A DNA stretch of 64,000 nt from Trichoplax sp. H2. Taxonomy: Eukaryota. The notes under the pieces are model-generated. The model saw only the letters and a program-made list of their open reading frames with translations. It was not told the DNA's origin and did no database searches. Position 1 is the first letter of the stretch. Each line of letters starts with the position of its first letter. The position numbers and the translations under genes are program-made. The DNA is taken from the NCBI GenBank assembly GCA_003344405.1, contig NOWV01000013.1, positions 868,001-932,000 of the forward strand. The letters are read 5' to 3'. Shown here piece by piece: positions 32,310 through 44,901 of this stretch.

Positions 32310-33545
32310 GGAGGTTGGAGGTATCCCGCATCAGAGTCAGAGACTATTTTCCTGTATTATGCTTGAAGAGGAGAAAGTAGCCCGTGGACTACGGTTGCAG
32401 CCTTGCAGGTATCTGCATCAGAGTCACAGACTACTTTCCTGTATTATGCTTGAAGAAGAGAAAGTAGCCTTTAGACTACGGTTGCAGGTTGTAGGTAGTT
32501 GTAACCTTGCAGGTTTCCCCATTAGAGTCACAGACTACTTTCCTGTTTTCTACTTGAAGAAGAGAAAGTAGCTCCAGGACTACGGTTAGCAGGTTGCAGG
32601 TAGTTGTAGCCTTGATGGTATCTGCATCAGAGTCACAGACTACTTTCCTGTATTCTACTTGAAGAAGAGAAAGTAGCCTGTGGACTACGGTTGGTAGATT
32701 GCAGGTAGTTGCAGCATTGCAGGTATCCGCATCAGAGTCACAGACTGCTTTCCTGTATTCTGCTTGAAGAAAAGAAAGTAGCTCGTGGACTACGGTTGGT
32801 AGGTTGCAGGTATCCGCATCAGAGTCACAGACTACTTTCATGTATTCTACTTGAAGACAAAGCAGCCCCTGGACTACGGTTGCAGGTTGTAGGTAGTTGT
32901 AGCCTAGCAGGTATCCGCATCAGAGTCACAGCTGCTTTCTTGTATTCTACTTGAAGAGAAAGTAGCCCGTGGACTACGGTTGCAGGTTGCAGGTAATTGC
33001 AGCCCCTTGAGGTATCTGCATCAGAGTCACAAACTACTTTAATGTATTCTACTTGAGAAAGTAGCCCCTGGACTACGGTAGCAGGTTGTAGGTAGACCTG
33101 TCAGAGGTTCGGTTCGAACCGCATACGAACCGTTTAAAGTCAGTTTATCCGTTTCGGTTCTGAGTTGTAGGTATCCGCATCAGAGTCCCAGACTACTTTC
33201 CTGTATTCTACTTGAAGAAGAGAAAGTAGCCGTTGGACTACGGTTGCAGGTTGCAGGTAATTGCAGCCCCATGAGGTATCTGTATTATTAGAGTCACAGA
33301 CTACTTTCATCAGTTTCATGTAATCTACTTGAGAAAGTAGCCCCTGGACTACGGTTGCAGGTTGTAGGTATCCGCATCAGAGTCACAGACTACTTTCCTG
33401 TATTCTACTTGAGAAAGTAGCCCTTGGACTACGGTTGCAGGTTGCAGGTAGTTGCAGCCTTGCAGGTATCCTGATCAGAGTCGTAGACTACTTTCCTGTA
33501 CAGTATTCTACTTGAAGAAGAGAAAATAGCTCCTGGTACTACAGT
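32310..33545. repeat. GC-richer minisatellite, ~12 units of mostly 87-105 bp
   Basis: Core gcaggtatccgcatcagagtcacagactactttcctgtattctacttgaagaagagaaagtagcccgtggactacggttgcagg. Unit length varies through ggttgca-type sub-repeats. Confidence 0.95.
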
Positions 33546-34031
33546 ACTGTAGTCTGTAGGCATGTGTCCAAGCTTTCACACCTAAACCAGACTATAATCG
33601 TCGCCTAATTAGTGTACAGAGCATCGTTAATGTGTGCTACTAAAACGTTCCATGGAGTACATATTGATACTACTGTATGATTGTATTAGAGGAAAAGCGT
33701 TGGCGAACTCGTTAGACTGCAACACCAAGAGTAGACGCAAGGATTGTACACAGCTCATCGAGTCCAAAACGACCATAGAATTTTTTTCCCTGGTCACTTT
33801 GCTGTGGCGTACGACTACTTTCGTACACTAATATGCCAGTGTAGACACGGCGAAGTGAGCTAACCAGCAAAAAAATATTTTCGTCATCAGCCTAAGGCTA
33901 TTAGCAGCTAAGGGTCGTTCTTTAGCCATTGGTAGTTTTTTCTCTAGTTAGTCGTTCTTGTGCTACCATCTCCAGTGAGCTATATCGTTGAAATTGACAG
34001 CATTGACATACAGCAAATCTACAAGTTCATC

Positions 34032-37000
34032 ATGGTACTGTATATCGCGATTGCTTTGATTGCTGTTGCAGCATACGTTTTTCTATTCACCAAGAGAGGT
34101 AGAATTAATGGTATACGCGAAAAGTATGTCTTAGTCACTGGATGTGACTCTGGCTTTGGCCGTTTACTCACCGAACAACTTGATAGACTTGGAGTTAAAG
34201 TTTTCGCTGCTTGTTTGCTACAAAAATCTGTCGATGAAATTGGTCAGAAATACTCACATGCCATTCCATTTACAATGAACGTGACAGATAGTGAAGATAT
34301 TCGCAAAGGTGTAGCGTTTGTAAAGCAAAAGTTACCGGAAAATGAAGGATTATGGGGAGTAGTCAACAATGCGGGTGTAGTTGGATGTGGCTATGCTGAA
34401 TGGTTAACGCGTAAAGATTTTATGAAAGTCTTAGATGTTAATCTGTTAGGAGTTATTGATGTAACTGTACAATTTCTCCATCTTATACAAAAGGCAAAAG
34501 GACGTGTTGTCAATATAGGCAGTCTCCTAGGCAGGCATCATGAAACTTTCGCCGCACCTTATGTAGTTTCTAAGTTTGGTGTATTAGGTTTCTCAGATTC
34601 ATTACGAATGGAAATGAGGCCATTTGGAGTATCGGTTCATAACATTTGCCCAGGCTATTTTCAAACTGGACTTGTTCGTAGTGCATCAGATATTATGCGC
34701 CACTTTGAAGCTACGTTGGACAAAGAGCTTATTTCTCGTTATGGCAAAGAGCATATGAAAGAATGTAAGTACATTAATCGTGATTGAATTCAGCTTTTAA
34801 AATTTCTGCAGGGTGCTATTGCTTAGCACAGTGTCGACAGTACATCTGCACGGCTAAATGATTGTAAATTTGGAGCTAATATTGATTAACATAAAATTAT
34901 TGTAGAATCATCTTGTGCTATCCATTGCTGACTTCGCAGGCTTATTGTATAGTATACATTTACTATAATTTGTAGCAGATAACTATAATTAGTATTGATT
35001 GATACTGTATAAATAACTTTCATCATCTTAGATTCATATTGGATTGCATAATACTGTCGATCCAACCACTTCAACTTCGATTTTTCATCGGAGCAGTTTA
35101 GCAAAGTGTAGAAGATTCTATGTTAAAGTGGTTGGGCTTATTGCACAGTTTACGCAGAGTCTAGTATTATTAAATTACTGGCTAGCGTAAGCCTGATGTT
35201 CTGCACAAAACATGTTCACTAGAGTTAACAGTTTAGAGGTTAAAACTTTAGAATCAAAGTACTTTTGCCGTTTTAATTAAAGTCGACGAGGACCATCTAC
35301 GCTTACTGTAATGCTGATTCCGGAGGTATACATAGTTTTCCCCTCGCACTCTCCGTTTGGCCGTGATGCTATTAAATTCATATTAAATTGCACAGTTACT
35401 ATAGATCTAATCACTTCAACATAGATTTTCATCGGAACAGTTTCAGCCCATTCTTGGTTATTCACTGTAATTTTTGTGGTTTGGTGGTGTATACTCAGTT
35501 CTTTTTCATTTTGGTATATAGTAAGCGCCCCTCTAAACCTACGTATACTGCAGTCAAGTAGTAAAATATAGTGTAGTGGAATTCGTTTATAGTGACGGCA
35601 TTTACAGCAATATTGTATATATATATATATGTACAGTTCATACAGAAATAGAATTATTCTTGACCTGAGTACCACTAATTAGTCTATACCTAATTGCAGA
35701 GTGCTAAGAATCGTCGGTAATGTTATAGCGAATTTCTTCATGATACTTTTATTATTTCGAATTTCGTACAGTATGATAACTTGTATCATGCATAGCGTCA
35801 ATGGAGGCCGCGACAACAAATACTTTCTCAACAGTAAATGTCCATATCTCGTTTACAGCAATATTGTATATATGTACAGTTCATACAGAAATAGAATTAT
35901 TCTTGACCGGAGTACCACTAATTAGTCTATACCTAATTGCAGAGTGCTAAGAATCGTCGGTAATGTTACAGCAAATTTCTTCAAGATACTTTTATTATTT
36001 CGAATTTCGTAGTATGATCACTTGTATCTTGCATAGCGTCAATGGAGGCCGCGACAACAAATACTTTCTCAACACTAAATGTCCCTATCTCATTTGCTCA
36101 AAGTGAGCCATATACACTATATAATTATACAGTATTGTATCATTACGTATAATTAATTGATAGCACAAAACTGCAACACGTTAAGCTTAGCTTACAGTAA
36201 ATCTGCAATTTTACATGCTTCATTGTTCCATTTGTTATTCCCTAACGAGTGCAAGCGGAGCTAAGCACAGTAAATTTGCAATTCTACATGCTTCATTATT
36301 CCGTTTGTTATTCCCTAACAAGTGCAAGAGGAGCAATTCTCACTGAATTTGTCGTTACCGTACTACCCATTCAATAATTAAACGATCTCAGACGCGCTAA
36401 CGTCCATATCATTAAATCATCTACGCATAAATAGACGGTCATAGTCAGAATCACTAGTTGTACCTAAAATTCATGCATTGGACTAATCGTATTGATTACC
36501 GAAGGTTTAGATCTTTTCATCTTAGAAATTGAAATACAGACTAAATATAGAATCTTTTTAACCTGTAGCTCTTAATCCGGCAGCAATGTACGGTACACAC
36601 TTACTGATTTTATTACCAAAGTACTGTATATCTTTTCAGCATATCCAATGCAAACCTTTGTAAAGCATTGTAGTGTATGGGTTCTTGACTCTAGGTTCGC
36701 AATTTCAGTTGTTTTATAAATATATTGTACATTTGAACCGTTTCATCATTCTAGCCATGATGAATATTTACTTTACTTTATTTAAATAAGACATGCAATT
36801 CTACACTGCATACTCTACTATCACCGTATTTTCCTAACACATAACTACTACAATTCGCTAAAATCATTCCAGGCATATTAATGATTCATTTACGAAATAT
36901 TTAAAAATTCTATTGCAAATGTTTATATACAGGTAGATATGATTAATGAATTAAGCTAAATGATACTTTCAAGCTCTCGAAGAGTCAATGCAGCGTACAG

Positions 37001-37366
37001 TATACTGTGCAATAGAATCAACAGTGTACATAAAGCGTGCTCATGTTGTTATAAATAGTGCAGTGATTTGATAATTAAATCGTAATGCGTATGAAGATAT
37101 CTTTAGGTAGTTATTGATTTAAGTAATCTCACTTTCTCTTTACAGTAATAGAAGCCTGCGATGCTTCGTACAGCTTGTCGAATCCAAATATATCACTGGT
37201 TACGAACGCGATGGAAGATGCACTTTTGTCTTCAAGGCCCAAAAATTATTACTATATTGGCCTGGACTTTTACCTTGGGCATTTAACGTCGTTCCTTCCA
37301 ATCGAAATTGGTGATTGGATATTTCGCAAAATTTTCCCATTTCCATTGGCGAAACCATCAGTATAA
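34032..37366 (+). CDS. RDH-like short-chain dehydrogenase paralogue 2, 2 exons, 317 aa
   Basis: ATG 34032 (MVLYIAIALIAV), exon 1 to 34764 (T|gtaagt) and exon 2 37146-37366, in frame. TGCDSGFG, NNAG and YVVSK. Confidence 0.92.
35601..36091. repeat. Recent intronic tandem duplication (2 x ~245 bp)
   Basis: tttacagcaatattgtatata...ggaggccgcgacaacaaatactttctcaaca occurs at 35601-35851 and 35852-36091 with few differences. Confidence 0.9.
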
Positions 37367-39539
37367 ACGGGTTGCGACAAGTCTCCACTATTTTTTATGT
37401 TCTTCAATCCCGTATAAATTAAATTGATCGTAGTACTTTAGATTTTGGGTGAAGCAAATAGGTATTTCTACTGGAGCTGTGTCGCCACTTGCATCATTTA
37501 TAATGAACTTATTTATATCAATTGGTAAATGTAGTACTTTCGTGACTGTTTACGATATGGTTCTTTACAATATACTTTACACTAAACTTGTATTATGCGG
37601 TATAAATATCTCCTGCCCTTTGTAGGAATACACTATGCAAGGACATTGAATATTGTTTGTCTTTATATTTATAAGTACGTTTTGTTTGAACTTTATGAAA
37701 AGTCAAAATCGACACGTACAAATTTGTTAGAATTTTCACTCAATACTACGGATTAATCGATATTATGAAACCGCTTAGCTGATATGAGTTACTGCATACA
37801 ACTAACTAATTAATGTTATTGTTTTGAATAGTGCACACCAGGTTTGTCAAAATATCATTTCGCAATGGTGCTAAAATTTAAGAATTTGATATAAATTTGT
37901 GATTTCTGTGTTTGCCTAACTGTAAAAGTAACAAACATATGCATATAATATTTGGAAAGAATGTGTGCTCACCAAAATTAAAGATTTATAAAAGTGTATA
38001 GTTCTGTTTACTACCGCTTCCAAATTTAGTTTCTACGTATTAACCATATTCGACCTCTTTCGAGGATAATTGTAGTCATTATTCTTCTAGAATGGAAAAA
38101 TCTTTCGTGACAGTGTCAGTGCTTTACCAGTACAGTAGAGTGTGTTGTATCAGCTTTCGTATTTTAATCAGAAATAGACTGCGAGATGCAAGGAGATACA
38201 GTTTGATTCAGACTGCAATTGCAGATATGCCAAGATATACTGCAATGACTGGAGGGTATAGCCGTTACTAAAATCCTTTCAATTTTTTTCCTTGTGAGCA
38301 ATCATGCACGTACTGTAATGCATGAAGAATGAGTTTTAACTTTGAAGCAGCTCATTCCTGTAAGCATGCCAGGAAATTTTAATGTATCCTTTCTCTGTAC
38401 AGGGCACAGTATGCCCGCACCGTTCAGTAATTAGCGGATTTTACCATCTTGGCTTTGCCTGTGTTGAAATTTTGAAGTAGGACATTTATGTTGTAAGAAC
38501 TCTGTGTTACTATAGCATCATTACATCAATCATTCAATAAATTGCTATCTCTGATAGACCAATCACAAGTTAAGTTAATATGGGTGATATCTAGCATAAG
38601 TTGAAACACTTGTTTTTAGTACAAAATTAAGTGGTGCGCAATGAACTCTAATGTAGTTATGGCTCATTAGCATCATTTCAAGAAAATCAACAGGTCATTC
38701 AATCAAGTAAGTATAGTAATCTTACAATGCCACAAACTGCAAATTATCAATACTTAGTAAACTGGCTTAACTTGTACATACAGTACGTGTAACTTGTGAA
38801 ATATTTTGTTATAATACCTTGCTCAAATGCCTCGATATCATTATTGCATGATTGAATTACACTAATATTATTCTACGTACAAACAAGTTTTACAGAAATG
38901 TCAACGTAACTCTTCTTATTTCTTATTCACTTTATCGTTCTTGTTTTCAAGATGATGCCCGACTATCTCTATCTACTGTCTATCATAGGTACTTCTTCTA
39001 GTACGACCGATTGCTGTACGTGTATGAGTGCATTGGCAAAGTCGCAAGGCTTGGAAACCTGAGATGAGAGCTTAGGCCATCTTGTCTGAGTACTAGTGAA
39101 TTTAATGAATTTGAGTACAGTTTGTACAAGCACTCATACTGTGCTATACTGAATGCCATGTTTGTCAGTTTTCAAACTTTTCACCATTAGTTAAGTCGTC
39201 GAATGTCGACGCTGTGATGAATTGATTAACCGTAAAATAAAACGAATTAATCCTAGAATAAAATCTAATCTAATTTTACTGTTAATCCGACTGGCCAGCC
39301 GGTGACTGTAATTAAATTACTATATTGGACAGCAGCGCGTAGTACAGTACAGAAGGCAATCGCAATTTCTGTGCATGGTAGGGCACTTTTGCAAGCAAGC
39401 ATTTGTAGACATAACTCACAGTATTCAGACATTATTATAATTATTATTTATTTGTTTTTGCTTGTTGTTGAAGTCTGTACGTACCTTGTGTCCGTCGGTT
39501 GAAACCGAACAAGGACACACAGCAATCTGCAAATTCATC

Positions 39540-41805
39540 ATGGCGCTATATATCGCGATTGCTTTGATTGCTATTGCAGCATACGTTTTTCTATTCACCA
39601 AGAGAGGTAGAATTAATGGTATACGCGAAAAGTATGTCTTAGTCACTGGATGTGACTCTGGCTTTGGCCTTTTACTCACCGAACAACTTGATAGACTTGG
39701 AGTTAAAGTTTTCGCTGCTTGTTTGCTACAAAAATCTGTCGATGAAATTGGTCAGAAATGCTCAAATGCCATTCCATTTACAATGAACGTGACAGATAGT
39801 GAAGATATTCGCAAAGGTGTAGCGTTTGTAAAGCAAAAGTTACCGGAAAATGAAGGATTATGGGGTGTAGTCAACAATGCGGGTGTAGTTGGATGCGGCT
39901 ATGCTGAATGGTTAACGCGTAAAGATTATATGAAAGTCTTAGATGTTAATCTGTTAGGAGTTATTGATGTAACTGTACAATTTCTCCATCTTATACAAAA
40001 GGCAAAAGGACGTGTTGTCAATGTAGCAAGCCTCCTAGGCAGGCATCATTCGACTTTCCTATCATCTTATGTAGTTTCTAAGTTTGGTGTATTAGGTTTC
40101 TCAGATTCATTACGAATGGAAATGAGGCCATTTGGAGTATCGGTTCATAACATTTGCCCAGGCTATTTTCAAACTGGACTTGTTCATGGTGCAACAGATA
40201 ATATGATTCGTCTTGAAGCTACGTTGGATAAAGAGCTTCTTTATCGTTATGGCAAAGATCATGCGAAAGAGCGTAAGTATATAGATCGAGATTTGTTGAA
40301 ATTTTTAAAAATTAGTCTTGTAGGGCGTTATGCGAAGTGTTCACAGCTTGGGGTTAAAATGATTGTAAATTGCAGAATAATAAGTAATAGATCAAATCAC
40401 TATCATATTAAAACAAACAAATAATCTTCAACACGTAAGCTAGCGAACTTTTCGGTAATACGTCATGATTGAATGTTATGCATAGCTGACTTTTCGCCTG
40501 CAACTTATTTGCAACAAATAATTACGAGTACAGTAGAATAAGAATTGATACAATAACTCTCCTTTCTAAGAATTGACGGTACTGTACACGCGTATGTTGA
40601 GAAATAATATTTTGATTAGTGATTATTAATTATTGTATGATAGTTTTTCGGATAATCAATTAATTAATACTAGTTGAGCCCGCTCAGTGCGTTCTACCTT
40701 CATTTCGACTCTCTGCATCACATCAGCAGAAGCAACGAAAAGGAACATGTGGAATATATTCCTATTTCCTTACTTAAGTTAAGCGTAAATCGTATATCAT
40801 TTCGAATAATGGCATTACGCGCATTTTAAAGATTAAATTGCTTACTATAATTAAAAGATGACATACTACGAAATAGGGCGATCGTTCGTTTTTAGTAGTC
40901 CTGAACTATAATATGCAATATATTAAGTTGGATACAGATCAGCATATTTCATTGCTTCATTTGGTAGGTCTTACCTCGTAACATAGGTAAGTAAAGTTGA
41001 ATATTTTTCGGATAATTTGATTATTATTACTATTACTCATTAAAAATTAGTTGATCTCAGATGTAGTAACGTCTATGTATGAACTGCCTGCACAAACGGT
41101 TATAGCCAGTCATTAATCGTAATGGACTAATCATATGGAATGTATATGTATAATTAATTATTATTATAATTATCTAAGATTTATATACGCGCACTTTCGT
41201 TGAGAAATTTGGAATAAACACTGAGTGTGAAATTGCTGTATATCCCTTGAACTTCAATCAAGTAACAATGTATATGCCATATACACACTTGTAGAACGAA
41301 CGTCTCTTAATTTATCCATGCAAACCCTTTTAAAGCACATTCCATAAAGATATAAAAAACCTTTACATCTTTGTATATTTATTTATGTAATTATTTAGTC
41401 TAAGCTGAATGACAATATTATTGAACTATGGAAGAGTTCAACACTGTATAGAATGTAACTTATAAAGGATGCTATTATTGTTATCATATGCAGTAGTGGT
41501 GCAGTGGTTCGATAAATTGTAACGCGTATGGAGATTTCTTTAAGTAGATTCTGATGTAAGGTAAATCTCACTTTCTCTTGACAGTAATAGAAGCCTTCAA
41601 AGAAGTGTATACTTTGTCCAATCCAAAGATATCGTTGGTCACCGACGCGATGGAAGATGCACTTTTATCTTTAAAGCCCAAAAATTATTACTATGTTGGC
41701 CTGGATTGCCTCCTTGGGCATTTGATATCGTTCCTTCCAATCGATATTGGCGATTGGTTATATCACAAGATTCTTCCCTTTCCTCTGGCGAAACCGTCAG
41801 TATAG
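39540..41805 (+). CDS. RDH-like short-chain dehydrogenase paralogue 3, 2 exons, 317 aa
   Basis: ATG 39540, exon 1 to 40272 (C|gtaagt) and exon 2 41585-41805. Exon lengths are identical to paralogue 2 (733+221). TGCDSGFG, NNAG and YVVSK. Confidence 0.92.
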
Positions 41806-43233
41806 ACAGGTTGCACACAATTTATGTGTAGTTTAATCCAGTATGAAATAAATTGATTTTAGCACTGTAAGGTTATATCGAAGCAAATTTTTCAACTGAA
41901 GCTGTGTCATCACTTGCATAATTGATATAGAACAAGTTTTATTTGCAAAAGTTGATAACAAACACAGTGAGTAATTGTGATGTGAATTTTTATGATTTAC
42001 AGCGAACACATACTACACGATATAAAGCAGTGCTCATACTTGCAGGAATAAACTGCATTGTGCAATGACATTGGATGTTATTTTTTAATTAATTATGCAG
42101 GACTACTTTATCTGGACTTTTATAACGACTTGTATTAAAGCGCAGAGTGTGTATGATTTGTTTGAATTTTTCACCTTAAACGCAATAGCTCAAGTTGATA
42201 TCATGTAGCCATTTTTTAGGTGGGTAGAAGGTGAGTAAAGTGGCATAAATTCAATTTTAAACTGCATTTGCCAGGTATTAAACTGTAGTAAATTAGCTAT
42301 TTGTGTTGTTTCTTACGGTTACTACCTTACTACTGTTCCCTTTATATTCACTTTCAGTACGATTTTGTTTCCACAATGGAGTTTATTGATAATCGAATAT
42401 TCATTAGCGTACAATTGAAACATGAGCGAATTACGACAATAAAAAGAAAAAATGTCACAGATTGTGAGTTGTGTTGGAACTGTTATACTATTAGTTATTT
42501 ATGAAGCAAAGGATAGTAATCACTTTGCAGGATAAAGTGGTTGTGTAAGAACTGTAAAATACTAGAGAATCACTAAAATTGATATAATTTGTTAAAAAAT
42601 AATCAATAGGCCTTCCAACCACCTGTACTAGTTTAGTTTTAATAGTAGAATATGATAGCAGGCAGATAGGACAAAGTTAAAATTCATTTACAGCAATGCT
42701 ATCTTTACATGCAATATACTGTCGCATCTTCTCGTAATCATTAGAATAGTTATACGGAACATTCGTTCACAAATTGAAGGTTTGCAAAGTAAAGCAGTTG
42801 TAAAAATCTGGGATAGACTTCAGCTATGGGTCGATGTCCTACTACAACGACGTAATATCTAATAACGACAACGACGTCTAATTAGCTAGCTGGTAAAGAA
42901 AATTGTAAAAGCTCTCTCTCAAGGAGCACGGACGGTATCGCAGTCATTGCTCTCTACCCATATTTTGTAGATTGACCACAGGGATTTACGCTACACAGTA
43001 GAACCGCAGTCACCGTACTTTACTAAATTCCGTGAACCCAGTGATTTGAAACTATGAAGTATCCTAGGATTGTCTTTACTATTATTTATTTATTATTAAA
43101 CTAAACCTAATCAAACCCTTACCATTCGTTACTAGCCCTGAACTCGGCCCCTAACCTTATTAGGCTTTATAAGTCAAATTTAAAATTTTTTGACAATCCT
43201 TGAATTGGTTAGTCCCTGTCCTTAGTACATCAA

Positions 43234-43740
43234 ATGAATGTTTATAACGAACATACCGGCATGCAGCAACCTAATTACTTGTCGTTTTCGGGAGGCATGG
43301 AAGCTTTCAATCTACAAGGTGGCTTTGGCGAAGCGTATTGCCCCACTGATATGTCTCCTCCAATGCTATTTAACCCACATTACGTAAGTTATACGTCAAA
43401 TTTAAACCCACATTGACTTGAAGACAGATGTATACTACCTGCTACGTTGATACTATAATCCCTCCATTTACTGGATGATGATTTTGTAGGAATTAGAAGA
43501 TTCTCACTTTTACCGTAATATCTATAATTTCGTTTAGGTTCCTGGCTATGTTACTACCTCAGTTGGTCCTTGCTTTCCAACCCCACCTCCATACGTAAGT
43601 TTGAAAATAATACCGATATACTTATCCATTTTACTAAAACCCTTTGCATTGGTAGCAGCCCTCTATGGTTGGATTTCAAGCAAACACAAATGTTCCTCAA
43701 TCGCCAGTGCCGTTTGCTCATGTAATACAGATGACGGAAG
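43234..43740 (+). CDS. Small Pro/Tyr/Met-rich orphan protein, at least 3 exons, 3' end unresolved
   Basis: Exon 43234-43383 (TAC|gtaagt), exon 43538-43594 (tttag|VPGYVTTSVGPCFPTPPPY|gtaagt), and an exon from 43659 (tagcag|PSMVGFQANTNVPQSPVPFAH), all phase 0. No family recognised. Confidence 0.5.
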
Positions 43741-44901
43741 TGTAAAATTAAAAATTCTTTTTGGAGTATCATTTCTCTAGTGTAGATCGATTTTTATATA
43801 CAGTATCTTATGCCTTATTAGTAGACCTAGTAACACAAGTTCTATTTCACGACTTAAATTAACAGCGTCATCGTAAATCGTAATTTTTCCCTTTGTCAAT
43901 TTGTTAACGATTCCTTTGTAAATTTCTCAATAGCAGGACCTTGGATCTTGCCGTGAAAGAAAATCAGTCCGCTGTCGCTCTCAAGGGAGAGCAAGGCGTA
44001 GTGATGTGCTGTGAATGCCAACTTATATTAGCTAGGAGATAATTAAGGAGTCAAGGAAATGATGCATAGCCAATTACACTTTTATCTCTAAGACTATCTT
44101 AAAAATTACCCTCTCAGAGACAATTGAAACTAATTCAATTCTTAATTTAAGTAAAGATTGTCTGCATTATTTCTCCTGTACATCACGTACCACTGTAATC
44201 CTTGATGTGATACATCCACCATCTATAGAGCGGTAATTAATCAAATATAACCAATAGTAATTGTGGATATCACCGCAATTAGTATAGTAAAAACTTGATC
44301 TGTGTACACCTAATTTTAACCACTTGAATGTCGACACATTGAAAATAAATGAAGATGCTTATGCGTCCAATCTAAAGCTTTGAGAAGTACAAAATGTACA
44401 ATTGATTATTGCTTTGCGTAAATCGTACCTAAAGCGATGCTATGGGTTGAGTTAACAGAGGATAGATAGACTTTTCTCATAATTCAATAGCAGGTTCGTT
44501 TTATTTGCTTGAATCACAAGTAGCTTCTGTACAATTCATAGTTGCAATTGCTTAATGATAGTAAAGACCGGAGAAAAATTATGAATAGCAGTACTTTGGC
44601 TAGCATTACTTAAACGATATCAATATCGTGCAGTAGATCCCTGAAACAACATTACTGTTTACATGGAAGTTTGATCGAAGTTTACAAAGTCGACAATCAC
44701 GTACCAACAACGTTTGATACAGTCGGATACGTACCGTGGAGGCTAATAAACTATACTCTACTAGCGTCTGTTGCTATGCGTAGACACATTTTATAGAAAC
44801 AAAATTGGAACTAAATTTCATGATATACAATAATAAAAAAGTATTGCATCCATTCTACTGAATAGTGAACGCTAGATACGATGAGTGCAAGATTCTCTGC
44901 A

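Noticed and set aside
32308..32954. ORFs at 32308, 32476 and 32709
   Set aside because: They are translations of the minisatellite, with frames broken between units.
32310..33545. CRISPR array or hammerhead-ribozyme tandem
   Set aside because: Eukaryotic context, no unique spacers and no cas genes. The minus strand has CTGATGC rather than the CUGAUGA core and lacks the required stem order.
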